Part shown: positions 44,375 through 53,463 of the stretch, one piece after another
Numbering within the stretch: the first letter of the stretch is position 1
Layout: each line of letters opens with the position of its first letter
Assembly: GCA_021788365.1 (NCBI GenBank)
Contig: JAJYKS010000001.1
Span: 70,113-134,112 of the forward strand
Direction of reading: 5' to 3'
Length of the DNA stretch: 64,000 nucleotides
DNA from: a bacterium
Lineage (GTDB): Bacteria; Patescibacteriota; Microgenomatia; UBA1400; UBA12108
Position numbers and translations under genes: made by a program
Notes under the pieces: generated by a model
What the model saw: the letters and a program-made list of their open reading frames with translations, nothing else
Told to the model about the DNA's origin: nothing
Database searches by the model: none

Positions 44375-45115
44375 ATGATTACTATGGCAGAAGAGATGAA
44401 TAAAAGAATAAATATTAAAGTAATACTAGTTGGTCTTTTAGTCATTGCCGCCTTTCTTATCGGCTCACTTTGGACCAAAGTACAAATGTTAGAGAAAGGG
44501 ACAACTGTAGCTAGTGCTACTGCTACCGTCCCAAACCAACCCAATCAACCACAAGCTCCTGCACCCGGACAAAAAGTAAATGTCTCTGTGGGACACTTGC
44601 CTCCTAAAGGAAATCCAAATGCCAAAGTAAAAATTGTCGCATTTGAAGATTTCCGTTGTCCGTTCTGCGACAGATTTTTTAAAGATGCCGAAGCGCAAAT
44701 TATTAAAGATTACGTAGATACAGGTAAAGCGGTTATTTACTACAGAAATTATCAGTTCTTAGGTCCGGCGTCAGTTGTTGCCGGCAATACCGGCGAATGC
44801 GCCAATGAACAGGGTAAATTCTGGGAGATGCATGATTACCTCTATCAAAATCAACCAGATGAATCAGATACATCAATGTATACCGTTGATAAACTTACAT
44901 CTATCGCTTCAAATCTTGGTTTAAGTGGTGACAAATTCAAGTCATGCTTAGAAAGTAAAAAATATGATAAGAATGTAGCTGATGATTTAAGCGCCGGACA
45001 ACAAGCAGGTGTACAAGGGACACCCACAGTCTTTATCAATGGCATATCAATTGTTGGGGCACAACCGTACAGTACATTTAAAACAATAATTGATCAGCAA
45101 CTAGCAAAATTATGA
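44375..45115 (+). CDS. DsbA-family thiol:disulfide oxidoreductase (membrane-anchored)
   Basis: N-terminal anchor; thioredoxin fold with CPFC active site (KIVAFEDFRCPFCDRF); DsbA-like helical insert. Confidence 0.7.
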   Translation: MITMAEEMNKRINIKVILVGLLVIAAFLIGSLWTKVQMLEKGTTVASATATVPNQPNQPQAPAPGQKVNVSVGHLPPKGNPNAKVKIVAFEDFRCPFCDRFFKDAEAQIIKDYVDTGKAVIYYRNYQFLGPASVVAGNTGECANEQGKFWEMHDYLYQNQPDESDTSMYTVDKLTSIASNLGLSGDKFKSCLESKKYDKNVADDLSAGQQAGVQGTPTVFINGISIVGAQPYSTFKTIIDQQLAKL

Positions 45116-45684
45116 AGAAGATATTTAGCAAAAAGTTTCTTATAAAAACTTTACTCATTGCCGCAGTGTATCTTATCACAATCAATTATTTGATGAATAT
45201 CTCATTAGTAAAAAATACTATTCTTGGTAGTTATCCACTAGGTTATAAATTTAGACTACTTGGTGACCTTTTAGAAGGTATGTGGACCGTAATGACGCAC
45301 GTAACCTTATTTGTTCTTATACTAAATTCTTTACTTACCGGTGCTATTTTAACCCTTCTTGAACAAAAAATTAGGATATTACGAGAAATGGGCCCCTTAC
45401 ATATCCTGGCAGGAGGAAGTACATTCCTTTCGATTGTAGGAAGTGGTTGTGCTGCCTGTGGGCTACCCATCCTTTCACTTCTGGGACTCAGTGGGGCTGT
45501 GCTTTATCTCCCTTTTAAAGGCGGAGAGCTTCTTTACATATCGTTTGTACTTCTTCTTAGCTCCTTCTACTTTATAGCCAAAGATTATGTTTCAATTCAA
45601 TGTTCCTGGGAGCAGAAGAAGAATAGTTCTTTTACGAAACCTGTTTTAAAGACTTTTGTAGGTCATATTGACGCTAGAAACTAA
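45112..45684 (+). CDS. membrane protein with intramembrane CxxC module (paralog of the TM part of 46431-48095)
   Basis: LSIVGSGCAACGLPILSLLGLSGAVLYLPFKGGEL aligns with IGAFAASCPVCSGLLLSLIGISGGLSVFPFKGLEL of the downstream gene. Confidence 0.5.
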   Translation: MKKIFSKKFLIKTLLIAAVYLITINYLMNISLVKNTILGSYPLGYKFRLLGDLLEGMWTVMTHVTLFVLILNSLLTGAILTLLEQKIRILREMGPLHILAGGSTFLSIVGSGCAACGLPILSLLGLSGAVLYLPFKGGELLYISFVLLLSSFYFIAKDYVSIQCSWEQKKNSSFTKPVLKTFVGHIDARN

Positions 45685-45686
45685 AT

Positions 45687-46418
45687 ATGCGGAAATTGTT
45701 TGCGATCATAAAAGAAAATAAATTACCTGCAATCATACTCGTAGTAGCCGTATTGATGATCGGATTTTTTGTGGCTAACACTTTTCATACGAATAGTACC
45801 AATAGTCAACCGACTACTAGTCAAAACACAAATTCTCTTTATCAGGAACTCTTAAGTATCTACAATAACATTCCCACTCAATCTGGAAAAACTAATTTTC
45901 TCAAACAAAGCAATAACCTCACCCAAAAAGTTGATCCGGAACTCGTAGATTTAGATAGTCAAATCATTACCTGTAGTGCGAATGTGGATAGTCTTCTTTC
46001 CAGTCAGCCAAGCACCGGTGGTAGTTGCGTTGGGGGAAACACCCCCTTAAGTAGCATAAAGGGGAAATATTTAAGCGGTCAATGCTGCGGAACCCTCATG
46101 GATACCAAAGAAAGGCATGAGAATCTTGAAAAATTACAAGCCTATAAAGGTATGCCAGATATTCCGCTTGATCCCATGCATACACCTATTGAGATGGCAA
46201 AAGGATGGATCGACTATGATAACTCGACCCAACTTACATCTGAAGAACAGAAAGTTTACGATCAGGCATACGCCATATCAAAAGAAAAACCCTGTTGCTG
46301 CAAATGCTGGCACTATTTTGTCAACGAAGGCATTGCCAAAAAAATGATAAAAGACGGTACATTTAATTCAAAACAGATCGCTGACTATTGGGATGCCTCA
46401 GATATTTGCGGAGTATGA
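45687..46418 (+). CDS. membrane-anchored cysteine-rich extracytoplasmic protein (PCC...C.H domain)
   Basis: N-terminal TM anchor; GQCCGTL and LTSEEQKVYDQAYAISKEKPCCCKCWHYF align with LTTEQEEHIRTLAENIYRPCCNNSTFFQDCNHG of 46431-48095. Confidence 0.5.
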   Translation: MRKLFAIIKENKLPAIILVVAVLMIGFFVANTFHTNSTNSQPTTSQNTNSLYQELLSIYNNIPTQSGKTNFLKQSNNLTQKVDPELVDLDSQIITCSANVDSLLSSQPSTGGSCVGGNTPLSSIKGKYLSGQCCGTLMDTKERHENLEKLQAYKGMPDIPLDPMHTPIEMAKGWIDYDNSTQLTSEEQKVYDQAYAISKEKPCCCKCWHYFVNEGIAKKMIKDGTFNSKQIADYWDASDICGV

Positions 46419-46430
46419 AAATAAAGAGCT

Positions 46431-48095
46431 ATGGAAAAATCAATAAGAAGAGAAAAAGAGTATCAGTGCCCAATTTGTAAATTGCATTATAAAGAAAGGG
46501 TTTGGGCAACCAAATGTAAAGCATGGTGTAGCAAACATGAAAGCTGCAATTTAGCTATTACTCGCCATTCACTTGAAGCAAAAAATGATAATATCGAAAA
46601 AACAGCTATTCAACAAAGAGACACTCTTTCCCATACAGAAACAAGAGACTCAAAACACGAGAAACAATCAAGTCAAAGATTACTGACCTTTCTTTTTTAT
46701 CTCTTAATTGGTATAACCGCCTCGATTGGGCTTTTTCTCCTCTATGATTTCTTTCTTACCAGAACCTCAAGTATCACCACGCTTATTCTTAATACTGTAA
46801 ACGATCCTTTTTACCTGTGGTTTTATAGTCTCTCCACGTTTGTAGCAATCATTCTTTTTGGTATTGATGTCGCAGTTTCCATCTATCTATTCAGGAGCTT
46901 ACACGTAGCTCATTTAAAGGAACAGGGCGGCAATACGGTGGGGGTTATTATTGGAGCCTTTGCCGCTTCTTGTCCTGTCTGCTCAGGACTTCTTCTCTCT
47001 CTTATCGGCATTTCAGGAGGACTGAGTGTTTTTCCATTTAAAGGACTTGAGTTAAAGACACTTTCGGTACTCTTTCTCGCTGTGCCACTTTTCTTCCTTT
47101 TGAGGAGATTAAAAAGTCATAACTGTGAAGATACCTGTTCACATCTAGAAAACGCCGCGTTTCAAACAAAAGATCGTGTACTCTTTGGTTCACTTTTTGT
47201 CTTTTTGCTTGCCGAAATACTTCTTGGTTACTCTTTTCTTCGTGCAGAGCCTATTCTAGCGGATTTATTTTATCCCATCCCGAAAGCCACTACTTCAGCT
47301 ACTGCTCCTAATGCGCAGCTATCGCAGCAAGTACAACAAGAAGTATTACCCACCAGTGGGTTTCAAACTCCAATAGTTTTGGGTAAGGTGATTCCAGAAA
47401 TGGTAGCAAACGGTATTATTGATGTCCAAAAACTCCAAGATTTGTATAAGGAGCGGGGTGGTATCCCCCAAGAGGAGATGGATCTTTTGACAAAGCAGTC
47501 AGACAAACCGTTAGTAATTACAAGCAAAAACCAGTTCTGGCTTGTCACTTTTCTCTGGCCTTTAGGATTAGCAAATAAAATGATTATTAATAACCAGAGC
47601 CCTCTCGCCGGTAAAGATTTATTTAATTTTGCCTCAACCGGGGGTTGGAATTTGGGTCAAGCGAAAAATGGAGGCAGTTACTTTAACCAATATTCAATTA
47701 TTCCCCTGACTACGGAACAAGAAGAGCATATAAGAACTCTTGCCGAGAATATATACAGACCATGTTGTAACAACTCAACCTTTTTCCAGGATTGTAACCA
47801 CGGTTCAGCCGCGCTTGCTCTCATTGAACTTGGTGTAGCCCAAGGTTTATCAGATCAGGAAATCTATAAAACAGTCCTTCATTTTAACTCTTTCTGGTTC
47901 CCACAAAATTACACGGAGATGGGCTTATACTTCAAAGCCGTAAAACATACTGATTGGAATGATGTTGATCCAGAGCTAGCTCTGTCGAAAGACTATTCAA
48001 GCATTAGTGGCTGGTCTCAAAATGTCGATGCCCCAATTCGCCAAATTCCAGGACTTTTGCCAGCCCAAAATGGTGGTGGGAGCTGTGGTACATAG
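46431..48095 (+). CDS. fusion protein: N-terminal zinc ribbon, CxxC membrane module, C-terminal PCC cysteine-rich domain
   Basis: YQCPICKLHY...CKAWCSKHESC; TM region with ASCPVCSG...PFKGLEL; C-terminal domain with PCCNNS..CNHG; ends GGGSCGT. Confidence 0.5.
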   Translation: MEKSIRREKEYQCPICKLHYKERVWATKCKAWCSKHESCNLAITRHSLEAKNDNIEKTAIQQRDTLSHTETRDSKHEKQSSQRLLTFLFYLLIGITASIGLFLLYDFFLTRTSSITTLILNTVNDPFYLWFYSLSTFVAIILFGIDVAVSIYLFRSLHVAHLKEQGGNTVGVIIGAFAASCPVCSGLLLSLIGISGGLSVFPFKGLELKTLSVLFLAVPLFFLLRRLKSHNCEDTCSHLENAAFQTKDRVLFGSLFVFLLAEILLGYSFLRAEPILADLFYPIPKATTSATAPNAQLSQQVQQEVLPTSGFQTPIVLGKVIPEMVANGIIDVQKLQDLYKERGGIPQEEMDLLTKQSDKPLVITSKNQFWLVTFLWPLGLANKMIINNQSPLAGKDLFNFASTGGWNLGQAKNGGSYFNQYSIIPLTTEQEEHIRTLAENIYRPCCNNSTFFQDCNHGSAALALIELGVAQGLSDQEIYKTVLHFNSFWFPQNYTEMGLYFKAVKHTDWNDVDPELALSKDYSSISGWSQNVDAPIRQIPGLLPAQNGGGSCGT

Positions 48096-48168
48096 AATTT
48101 GTCAAAAATAATCAATTTCTCCTCCAGATTGAAATCTTAAGGACTGACGTTTAATTTCTCATATATAT

Positions 48169-48552
48169 ATGATGTTTACATACATGTGTAGAACTTGTGG
48201 CTGTTCATTTAGGTCAAGAGATTTTGGTAATGTAGAGAGATTTATTGAGCCATGTATCTTATTACTTCTCTCAAAAGATTCTTCTCACGGATATGGTCTG
48301 ATGGAGGATTTAGAAAAGCATTGCGGTGAAAAAGTGGATATTGGCGATTTTCATAGAACCTTAAGAAGGATGGAAAGGGATGGTTGGGTCAAATCCGACT
48401 GGGAAAAGAATGAGGCTGGTGCTGATAGGAGAGTCTATACGATTACCCAAGAAGGTAAAGAATTCTTAAAGTCAGCGGCTAACTCACTTATCCGTACAGA
48501 CAAACTTATACATAAATTTTTAGAGGGTTTCCAAAAGAGTCAATCTGTATGA
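48169..48552 (+). CDS. PadR-family transcriptional regulator
   Basis: ILLLLSKDSSHGYGLMEDLEKH...FHRTLRRMERDGWV...RRVYTITQEG is a PadR winged helix; the N-terminal Cys-rich extension is of uncertain reality. Confidence 0.6.
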   Translation: MMFTYMCRTCGCSFRSRDFGNVERFIEPCILLLLSKDSSHGYGLMEDLEKHCGEKVDIGDFHRTLRRMERDGWVKSDWEKNEAGADRRVYTITQEGKEFLKSAANSLIRTDKLIHKFLEGFQKSQSV

Positions 48553-48643
48553 AATTGTCAATAATTCTTTCTACCAAAAATACGGAAACAAATTGGAACG
48601 CATTCAGACTTGCTAATCTGGCTTTAACTCACGGAGATGTGAG

Positions 48644-48910
48644 CTATTTAACGGCCTTCTTTTGTTTCAGCTCGTTATAAATTTTAAGTAGTGTTTCCGG
48701 ATCCTTATGACTCATCGTGTGAACTGTTGCCTGCAAATGCTCAAGTAAAACTATTGCCATTTCAGGTGTAGCATTTTTAGGATCGATAGTTTTTAGGAAT
48801 CGGATAACACTATCGATATCCTTTTCGTTCATTTCGTATCTGTCGGATTTAGTCATACCGTTATTATACAACACGTTAGTAAATATACTTTCCCAGGTTG
48901 ATAAAATCAA
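48644..48910 (-). CDS. hypothetical protein
   Basis: 88-aa ORF (apparent TTG start with GGAG RBS); no family recognised. Confidence 0.3.
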   Translation of the reverse strand: MILSTWESIFTNVLYNNGMTKSDRYEMNEKDIDSVIRFLKTIDPKNATPEMAIVLLEHLQATVHTMSHKDPETLLKIYNELKQKKAVK

Positions 48911-49418
48911 AACACTCCTGAACGTGGCTTTTGCTTTCGATCCTGCGCATAATCTCCCGGCTGCAGCTTTGAGAAAGAATATTTAAGCTTCCTTCCCAAA
49001 GAATTTGCCGATCAATGATCGCCAATTTCCTGTGGCTATATTCTGCCGAAAGAAGCACTTGAACGCCAAGCATTTCCAGCTTTCTTATTTCCTGCTCTGC
49101 CTGCGTTCTCATGGTTAAATCGTGATCTTCGGGATTTCGGGTGATAACGTATATTTTTACCTTTCTGCTAACTAAGGCTTCAAAAATCCGCAGGAACGAA
49201 AACATCCTGGTGGTTGTTATATATGGGCTTTCGATTATAATCTCCTTTTTGGCGGCCTTTAAGTCCTTCAAAAACCGGTTGTAAAACGTCGTCTCGTCAA
49301 AAAGTTGGGAATGGGTAAGATCCGGCGATAAGTGTAGGACCCTTTCTGCCAATTTGCTAATTAGCTTATTCATGGGTATCACCTCCGTTCTTGTTTGTGG
49401 CTGAATTATCGGGTACAA
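48876..49418 (-). CDS. PLD-family (HKD) nuclease-like protein
   Basis: SHRKLAIIDRQILWEGSLN is an HxK(x4)D(x6)GSxN HKD motif, single copy (Nuc/Bfi-like). Confidence 0.6.
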   Translation of the reverse strand: MYPIIQPQTRTEVIPMNKLISKLAERVLHLSPDLTHSQLFDETTFYNRFLKDLKAAKKEIIIESPYITTTRMFSFLRIFEALVSRKVKIYVITRNPEDHDLTMRTQAEQEIRKLEMLGVQVLLSAEYSHRKLAIIDRQILWEGSLNILSQSCSREIMRRIESKSHVQECFDFINLGKYIY

Positions 49419-49565
49419 TCAGGCTAACTGAGCCGTTATGGTAGGTAAACCCTAGCTCTTTGAGTTTCTGATATACTTTGAGTAAGTTAGGAAAGAGTGA
49501 GTTCCACCTGGCGGACAGTGAGCTCACCCTTCGACAAGCTCAGGGTTTTGGCGGATTATATAGAC

Positions 49566-49865
49566 ATGGCATGGTACACATATATTCTTCTTTGCGATGG
49601 ACTGTCTTATTATGTTGGGTTGAGTGGTAATTTGGAACAAAGAATTGCTTCGCATAAATCCAAGCAAAATATCGGCACAAAAGAATTTTCCCAGATAGAG
49701 CTTGTTTACCACGAAACCTACAAGACCCGCCATGAAGCAGAACTACGTGAAACACAACTCAAGAAATGGAGTAGAGCAAAGAAGAAAGCTTTGATAGATG
49801 GAGACATTGGTACATTGCGAAAGCTAAGCCATAACCCTAAACTTGTCGAGGATACATTGGGATAA
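49566..49865 (+). CDS. GIY-YIG nuclease family protein
   Basis: MAWYTYILLCDGLSYYVGLSGNLEQRIASHK is the GIY-YIG core; start set at the internal Met. Confidence 0.65.
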   Translation: MAWYTYILLCDGLSYYVGLSGNLEQRIASHKSKQNIGTKEFSQIELVYHETYKTRHEAELRETQLKKWSRAKKKALIDGDIGTLRKLSHNPKLVEDTLG

Positions 49866-49886
49866 TAATGGTGAGCCCGTCGAACC

Positions 49887-49902
49887 ATCCCAATGAGGTC
49901 AC
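49887..49902. repeat. attR-side direct repeat (copy of the tRNA-Glu 3' end)
   Basis: Exact 16-mer atcccaatgaggtcac with further degenerate T-arm-like similarity upstream (gcccgtcgaacc). Confidence 0.6.
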
Positions 49903-49907
49903 CGACA

Positions 49908-50642
49908 TTACCTAACTTTGCACATCTTTTTCGTTTGTGCAGCGTACACCCATAGCTTCTCTGGATTGTACGGCGTATTTTCATTTTCATTTTTCTCGAT
50001 GATTACCCGTGTCCCTGTTTCGATCTGCTCACCAACATCGATAACTTGTTTTATGCAGTCTGCAACATCTGAGGCTTTCATGCACCAATCCCAGTCAAAA
50101 TCTCGCCCTTCTCTTAACACATGTTGCAGCGGTGTATCAACGTATGACGGAAGAATATTTACGATTTTTACCGATGGCTCTTCTGCGGCCATGGCCTCGA
50201 AGAATATGTTTACCGCTGCTTTTGAGGCGCAGTACAACCCAAATTCTTGGTCTGGATATCTATCGGATAAGGAGGAAATATTGAGGAGTAAGCCACCGGA
50301 AAGCTTGGGGAAAAGTAGCTTTGCGAGTTTGGCGTACGCCTTAAAGTTAAGCGTAAACATCCTATCAAAGTCTGCATCCGTGTATTGCAATGCCTTTTGT
50401 GGAAAGTCGGTACCTGCGTTATTAATGAGAATGTCGATTGTTTCTTCGCCCACTAGCGCTGGTATTTTGTCTATATCTATGTCTTTGGCAAGATCTGCTT
50501 GAATCCAGATAAGATTCTTGTTGGGAGATTTTGGCTTACTTCTAGAGACACCGTAGACTTTATACCCCATCTCGATGAGCCGATGACTCATCTCCTCTCC
50601 TAAGCCATAGCTTGCACCTGTCACAATTGCAGTCTTTTGCAT
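49908..50642 (-). CDS. SDR-family oxidoreductase
   Basis: TAIVTGASYGLGEE Rossmann motif, YCASK catalytic YxxxK. Confidence 0.8.
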   Translation of the reverse strand: MQKTAIVTGASYGLGEEMSHRLIEMGYKVYGVSRSKPKSPNKNLIWIQADLAKDIDIDKIPALVGEETIDILINNAGTDFPQKALQYTDADFDRMFTLNFKAYAKLAKLLFPKLSGGLLLNISSLSDRYPDQEFGLYCASKAAVNIFFEAMAAEEPSVKIVNILPSYVDTPLQHVLREGRDFDWDWCMKASDVADCIKQVIDVGEQIETGTRVIIEKNENENTPYNPEKLWVYAAQTKKMCKVR

Positions 50643-50674
50643 TTTCGTATTCTTGCTACGTATACCCGAACCGA

Positions 50675-51415
50675 TCAGTCCTTGTAACGGTTGCCGCCAT
50701 CCATGTACAGGAATAGCCCATTTATGTATTTAGCTTTGTCGCTCACGAGATAGCTCACGCCGTCGGCTATATCTTCTGGTGTGGGAACTCGGCCCATGGG
50801 ATTATTTTTAGCAAAGCGCCCCCACATGGCGTCGTCTTCTAGCCCAAACCCTATCCAGTTGTCGGTTCTCGTGGTGCCTGGACAGATTGCATTGACCCGA
50901 ATACCTTCGGGGGCAAGCTCGACTGCCAGGTACTTAACCAGACTCTCTACACCGGCTGAGGCGATCGTGTAGGCGAGTGCACCGATTTGAGGGGTCTGAA
51001 CAACACTGGAAGTATTGAGAATAATACTTGGTGATTTCGATTTTTTGAGGAGGTCGTAAAACATTTTGGGAACTAGAAACGATGAGTCGAGCTTACTGTT
51101 TAGCACAAATTTCCAGTCCTCGTAGCTCGTTTCACGAAAGCTATGTGGGCGATCGTGCATGCCGCTTACGATCAAAACATCGAGATGGCCATATTTTTGA
51201 GATACTGCCTTTACCGCTTCGCTTACACTTTTTTCATTTCCCCCGTCGAGCTCGAGTAGCAACCCGGCTTTCTCGATTTCGTTGTAGACCCTTTCTCCCG
51301 CGACTTTGTCGTAACAATAGGTGACGATAACCTCATAGCCTTCGCTGTGCAAACGCCGTGCGATTGCCCGACCAATCCCCCTTGATGAGCCGGTGACCAG
51401 TGCAACTTTTTGCAT
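50675..51415 (-). CDS. SDR-family oxidoreductase
   Basis: VALVTGSSRGIGRAIA, NAICPG, YTIAS motifs; start at internal Met. Confidence 0.8.
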   Translation of the reverse strand: MQKVALVTGSSRGIGRAIARRLHSEGYEVIVTYCYDKVAGERVYNEIEKAGLLLELDGGNEKSVSEAVKAVSQKYGHLDVLIVSGMHDRPHSFRETSYEDWKFVLNSKLDSSFLVPKMFYDLLKKSKSPSIILNTSSVVQTPQIGALAYTIASAGVESLVKYLAVELAPEGIRVNAICPGTTRTDNWIGFGLEDDAMWGRFAKNNPMGRVPTPEDIADGVSYLVSDKAKYINGLFLYMDGGNRYKD

Positions 51416-51565
51416 ATGCGCTAAGCATACCATGTATTTCCTGACTTTTCTCCAGATATGGTGTATACTACAGGCTAGTGTCTGGCATGACGCCATGATG
51501 GTTTTTGGTTTCGACCGTACATCTCATGTGGTGCTTCTCACTTTAGACTACCTCAGGAGAACTTT

Positions 51566-52684
51566 ATGCGTGCGACAACGATTTTTGATGTACTCGTCGT
51601 ATATGGCGACACGCTCGCAACGAGCGCAATGTCACCAAGCGCCTCTACTGGACCTTTCTCACAAAGCGCGGGGTGCGAATATTACAACGATGCGTATGGA
51701 TATCTTCTTGCATCTTGCGAAAATGCTAACCTACGGGCCGCTTTTACTACTTCGGCTGATATTGTGGGTCCCGGTACGTGCCGGAGCTATTGGACATATA
51801 GCAAGGGCGTGTGGCAGGCGACAGAGCGCCGCGGAGTGGCAAAAATAATATTTGATAAGTTTGCTCCGAGTACTGCTCATCGAAAGCGTGCCCGGGAAAT
51901 ATTATTTTCATCCGGATCGATAGTGCCATTTAACGACCCTGCGCTGTACCAACTTTTTTTTGATAAGTATGATTTTTTTACCCATCTCTCCTCGTACACT
52001 ATACCAACCGTGGCGGTGGAAGATGACATACTCTTTGCGCTTTCCGAGCTAGGTCAGCTTATGGACTCTCATCCACACCCCGCAGATTTTTTGTCCGACT
52101 TTGTTCTTAAAGATCGCTATGGGTCGACTGGCTCTCACGTGTATCGCATAGATAGCCGTGGCGCTTCTCGTATCCGTGAAATCGTAGGTGCAAACCCGAA
52201 AATTTCTTTCGTACTCCAACCCATGGTTCGTTTTGACCAAGGCGGCAAGGGAACCCTAGCTCAGGCGGATATCCGACTCATTTTTAACAGCACAAAAATC
52301 ATCCAAACCTATCTTCGCGTGGCAAAAGAGGGCGAATTTAGGTGTAATGGGCATTATGGGAGTACGACCGTATACCTCACTGAGCGGGATCTCCCGGTTG
52401 CCGTACGAGCCCTTGCCAAACATGTTGTACAAGAGCTACCGAAGAATGATTCGATTTACGCCCTCGACTTCCTCCTGAGCAATCACGGCCATCCCTATCT
52501 ATTGGAGGGAAATACCGGACCTGGGATAAATTGGGATGCAAATGATCCCTATGACATACGAGTTACCAAAGGATTCATTCGTAAAATCGTAGCCGAACTA
52601 TCCAGGCGTGTACGGGTCTCGGAACGACCCCATCACCGGAACATCGCTATTTCAGAAACAGGACTTTCCCTAATCCCATCATAG
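51566..52684 (+). CDS. ATP-grasp-like ligase family protein
   Basis: C-terminal YALDFLLSNHGHPYLLEGNTGPGI resembles the ATP-grasp Mg/ATP-binding segment (RimK/GshB-like). Confidence 0.45.
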   Translation: MRATTIFDVLVVYGDTLATSAMSPSASTGPFSQSAGCEYYNDAYGYLLASCENANLRAAFTTSADIVGPGTCRSYWTYSKGVWQATERRGVAKIIFDKFAPSTAHRKRAREILFSSGSIVPFNDPALYQLFFDKYDFFTHLSSYTIPTVAVEDDILFALSELGQLMDSHPHPADFLSDFVLKDRYGSTGSHVYRIDSRGASRIREIVGANPKISFVLQPMVRFDQGGKGTLAQADIRLIFNSTKIIQTYLRVAKEGEFRCNGHYGSTTVYLTERDLPVAVRALAKHVVQELPKNDSIYALDFLLSNHGHPYLLEGNTGPGINWDANDPYDIRVTKGFIRKIVAELSRRVRVSERPHHRNIAISETGLSLIPS

Positions 52685-53102
52685 ATATACCCTGGAAAAA
52701 GTCGAGGACAACACCTAAGAGCAAAGCCACCCACCAATGGGCAATACCGAACCCAAGGTGCGAAGCGAAGCGGGCTATAACCCAGACGGCGACGACGTCG
52801 AGAACAAAATAAGCCATCGTCCAATCTCGCGGGCTGTAGATCCTGCCGCGCTTCCATTCGTGATAGCTCACCGCTGCCATACCCCAGACACAGAGGAGCG
52901 ACAGGAACGACATACTAAGAAACAGCGACCAGGATACAGAGAGGGCGTGGGTGCCGAGGACTACCACCGCAGGAAACCATAGGTGGGCGAGGAAAATAAC
53001 AAGCACGTTCACCACTAGCATAACCCAAAAGGAAAGGAAGAGGTTCACCCCTACTTTTGCTTGAATTTCTTCTTTTGACATCGCAGCTTTTGCCATACAC
53101 AC
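52647..53102 (-). CDS. hypothetical 4-TM membrane protein
   Basis: 151-aa hydrophobic ORF. Confidence 0.4.
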   Translation of the reverse strand: MCMAKAAMSKEEIQAKVGVNLFLSFWVMLVVNVLVIFLAHLWFPAVVVLGTHALSVSWSLFLSMSFLSLLCVWGMAAVSYHEWKRGRIYSPRDWTMAYFVLDVVAVWVIARFASHLGFGIAHWWVALLLGVVLDFFQGISMMGLGKVLFLK

Positions 53103-53144
53103 TCCTCCTTGGGATAACTACTAGCTAGCCTCAGCATAGCACTT

Positions 53145-53438
53145 TTATTTCACGATGGCTCCGACAAAATCAATCATCGGGAAGAGCTTGCGTACCTCTC
53201 CCCAAAATTTCTCGGAGAGTTTGGCAGAATAGACGCTGTTGTTACCTCGCTCCATGCGACCACAAAGCTTCCTATCCCAATCTTCGATGATACGGCGGAC
53301 AACCAGTCCCTGCTCGTTAAACACTACTTGATTGGCCTTTTTATTGGCTTTGTACAGGTCGTGTACAAACTTGAAGTCGTCGAAAACTTTCTTATTTTCT
53401 TCGCACATTTTTTGGAAATATTCTTTGTACTTGATCAT
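53145..53438 (-). CDS. hypothetical protein
   Basis: Internal Met start chosen to avoid overlap with the lon stop. Confidence 0.35.
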   Translation of the reverse strand: MIKYKEYFQKMCEENKKVFDDFKFVHDLYKANKKANQVVFNEQGLVVRRIIEDWDRKLCGRMERGNNSVYSAKLSEKFWGEVRKLFPMIDFVGAIVK

Positions 53439-53463
53439 CTGACCATAGTACGGGAAAGAAGGC

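Larger units (their letters stand above)
31966..49902. mobile_element. ~17.9-kb integrative mobilizable element inserted at the 3' end of tRNA-Glu
   Basis: Serine recombinase at the tRNA end; 16-bp direct repeat atcccaatgaggtcac at 32026-32041 and 49887-49902. Carries a T4CP and a replication-relaxation relaxase but no mating-pore genes. Its backbone is AT-rich with a higher-GC mer cassette. Confidence 0.7.
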
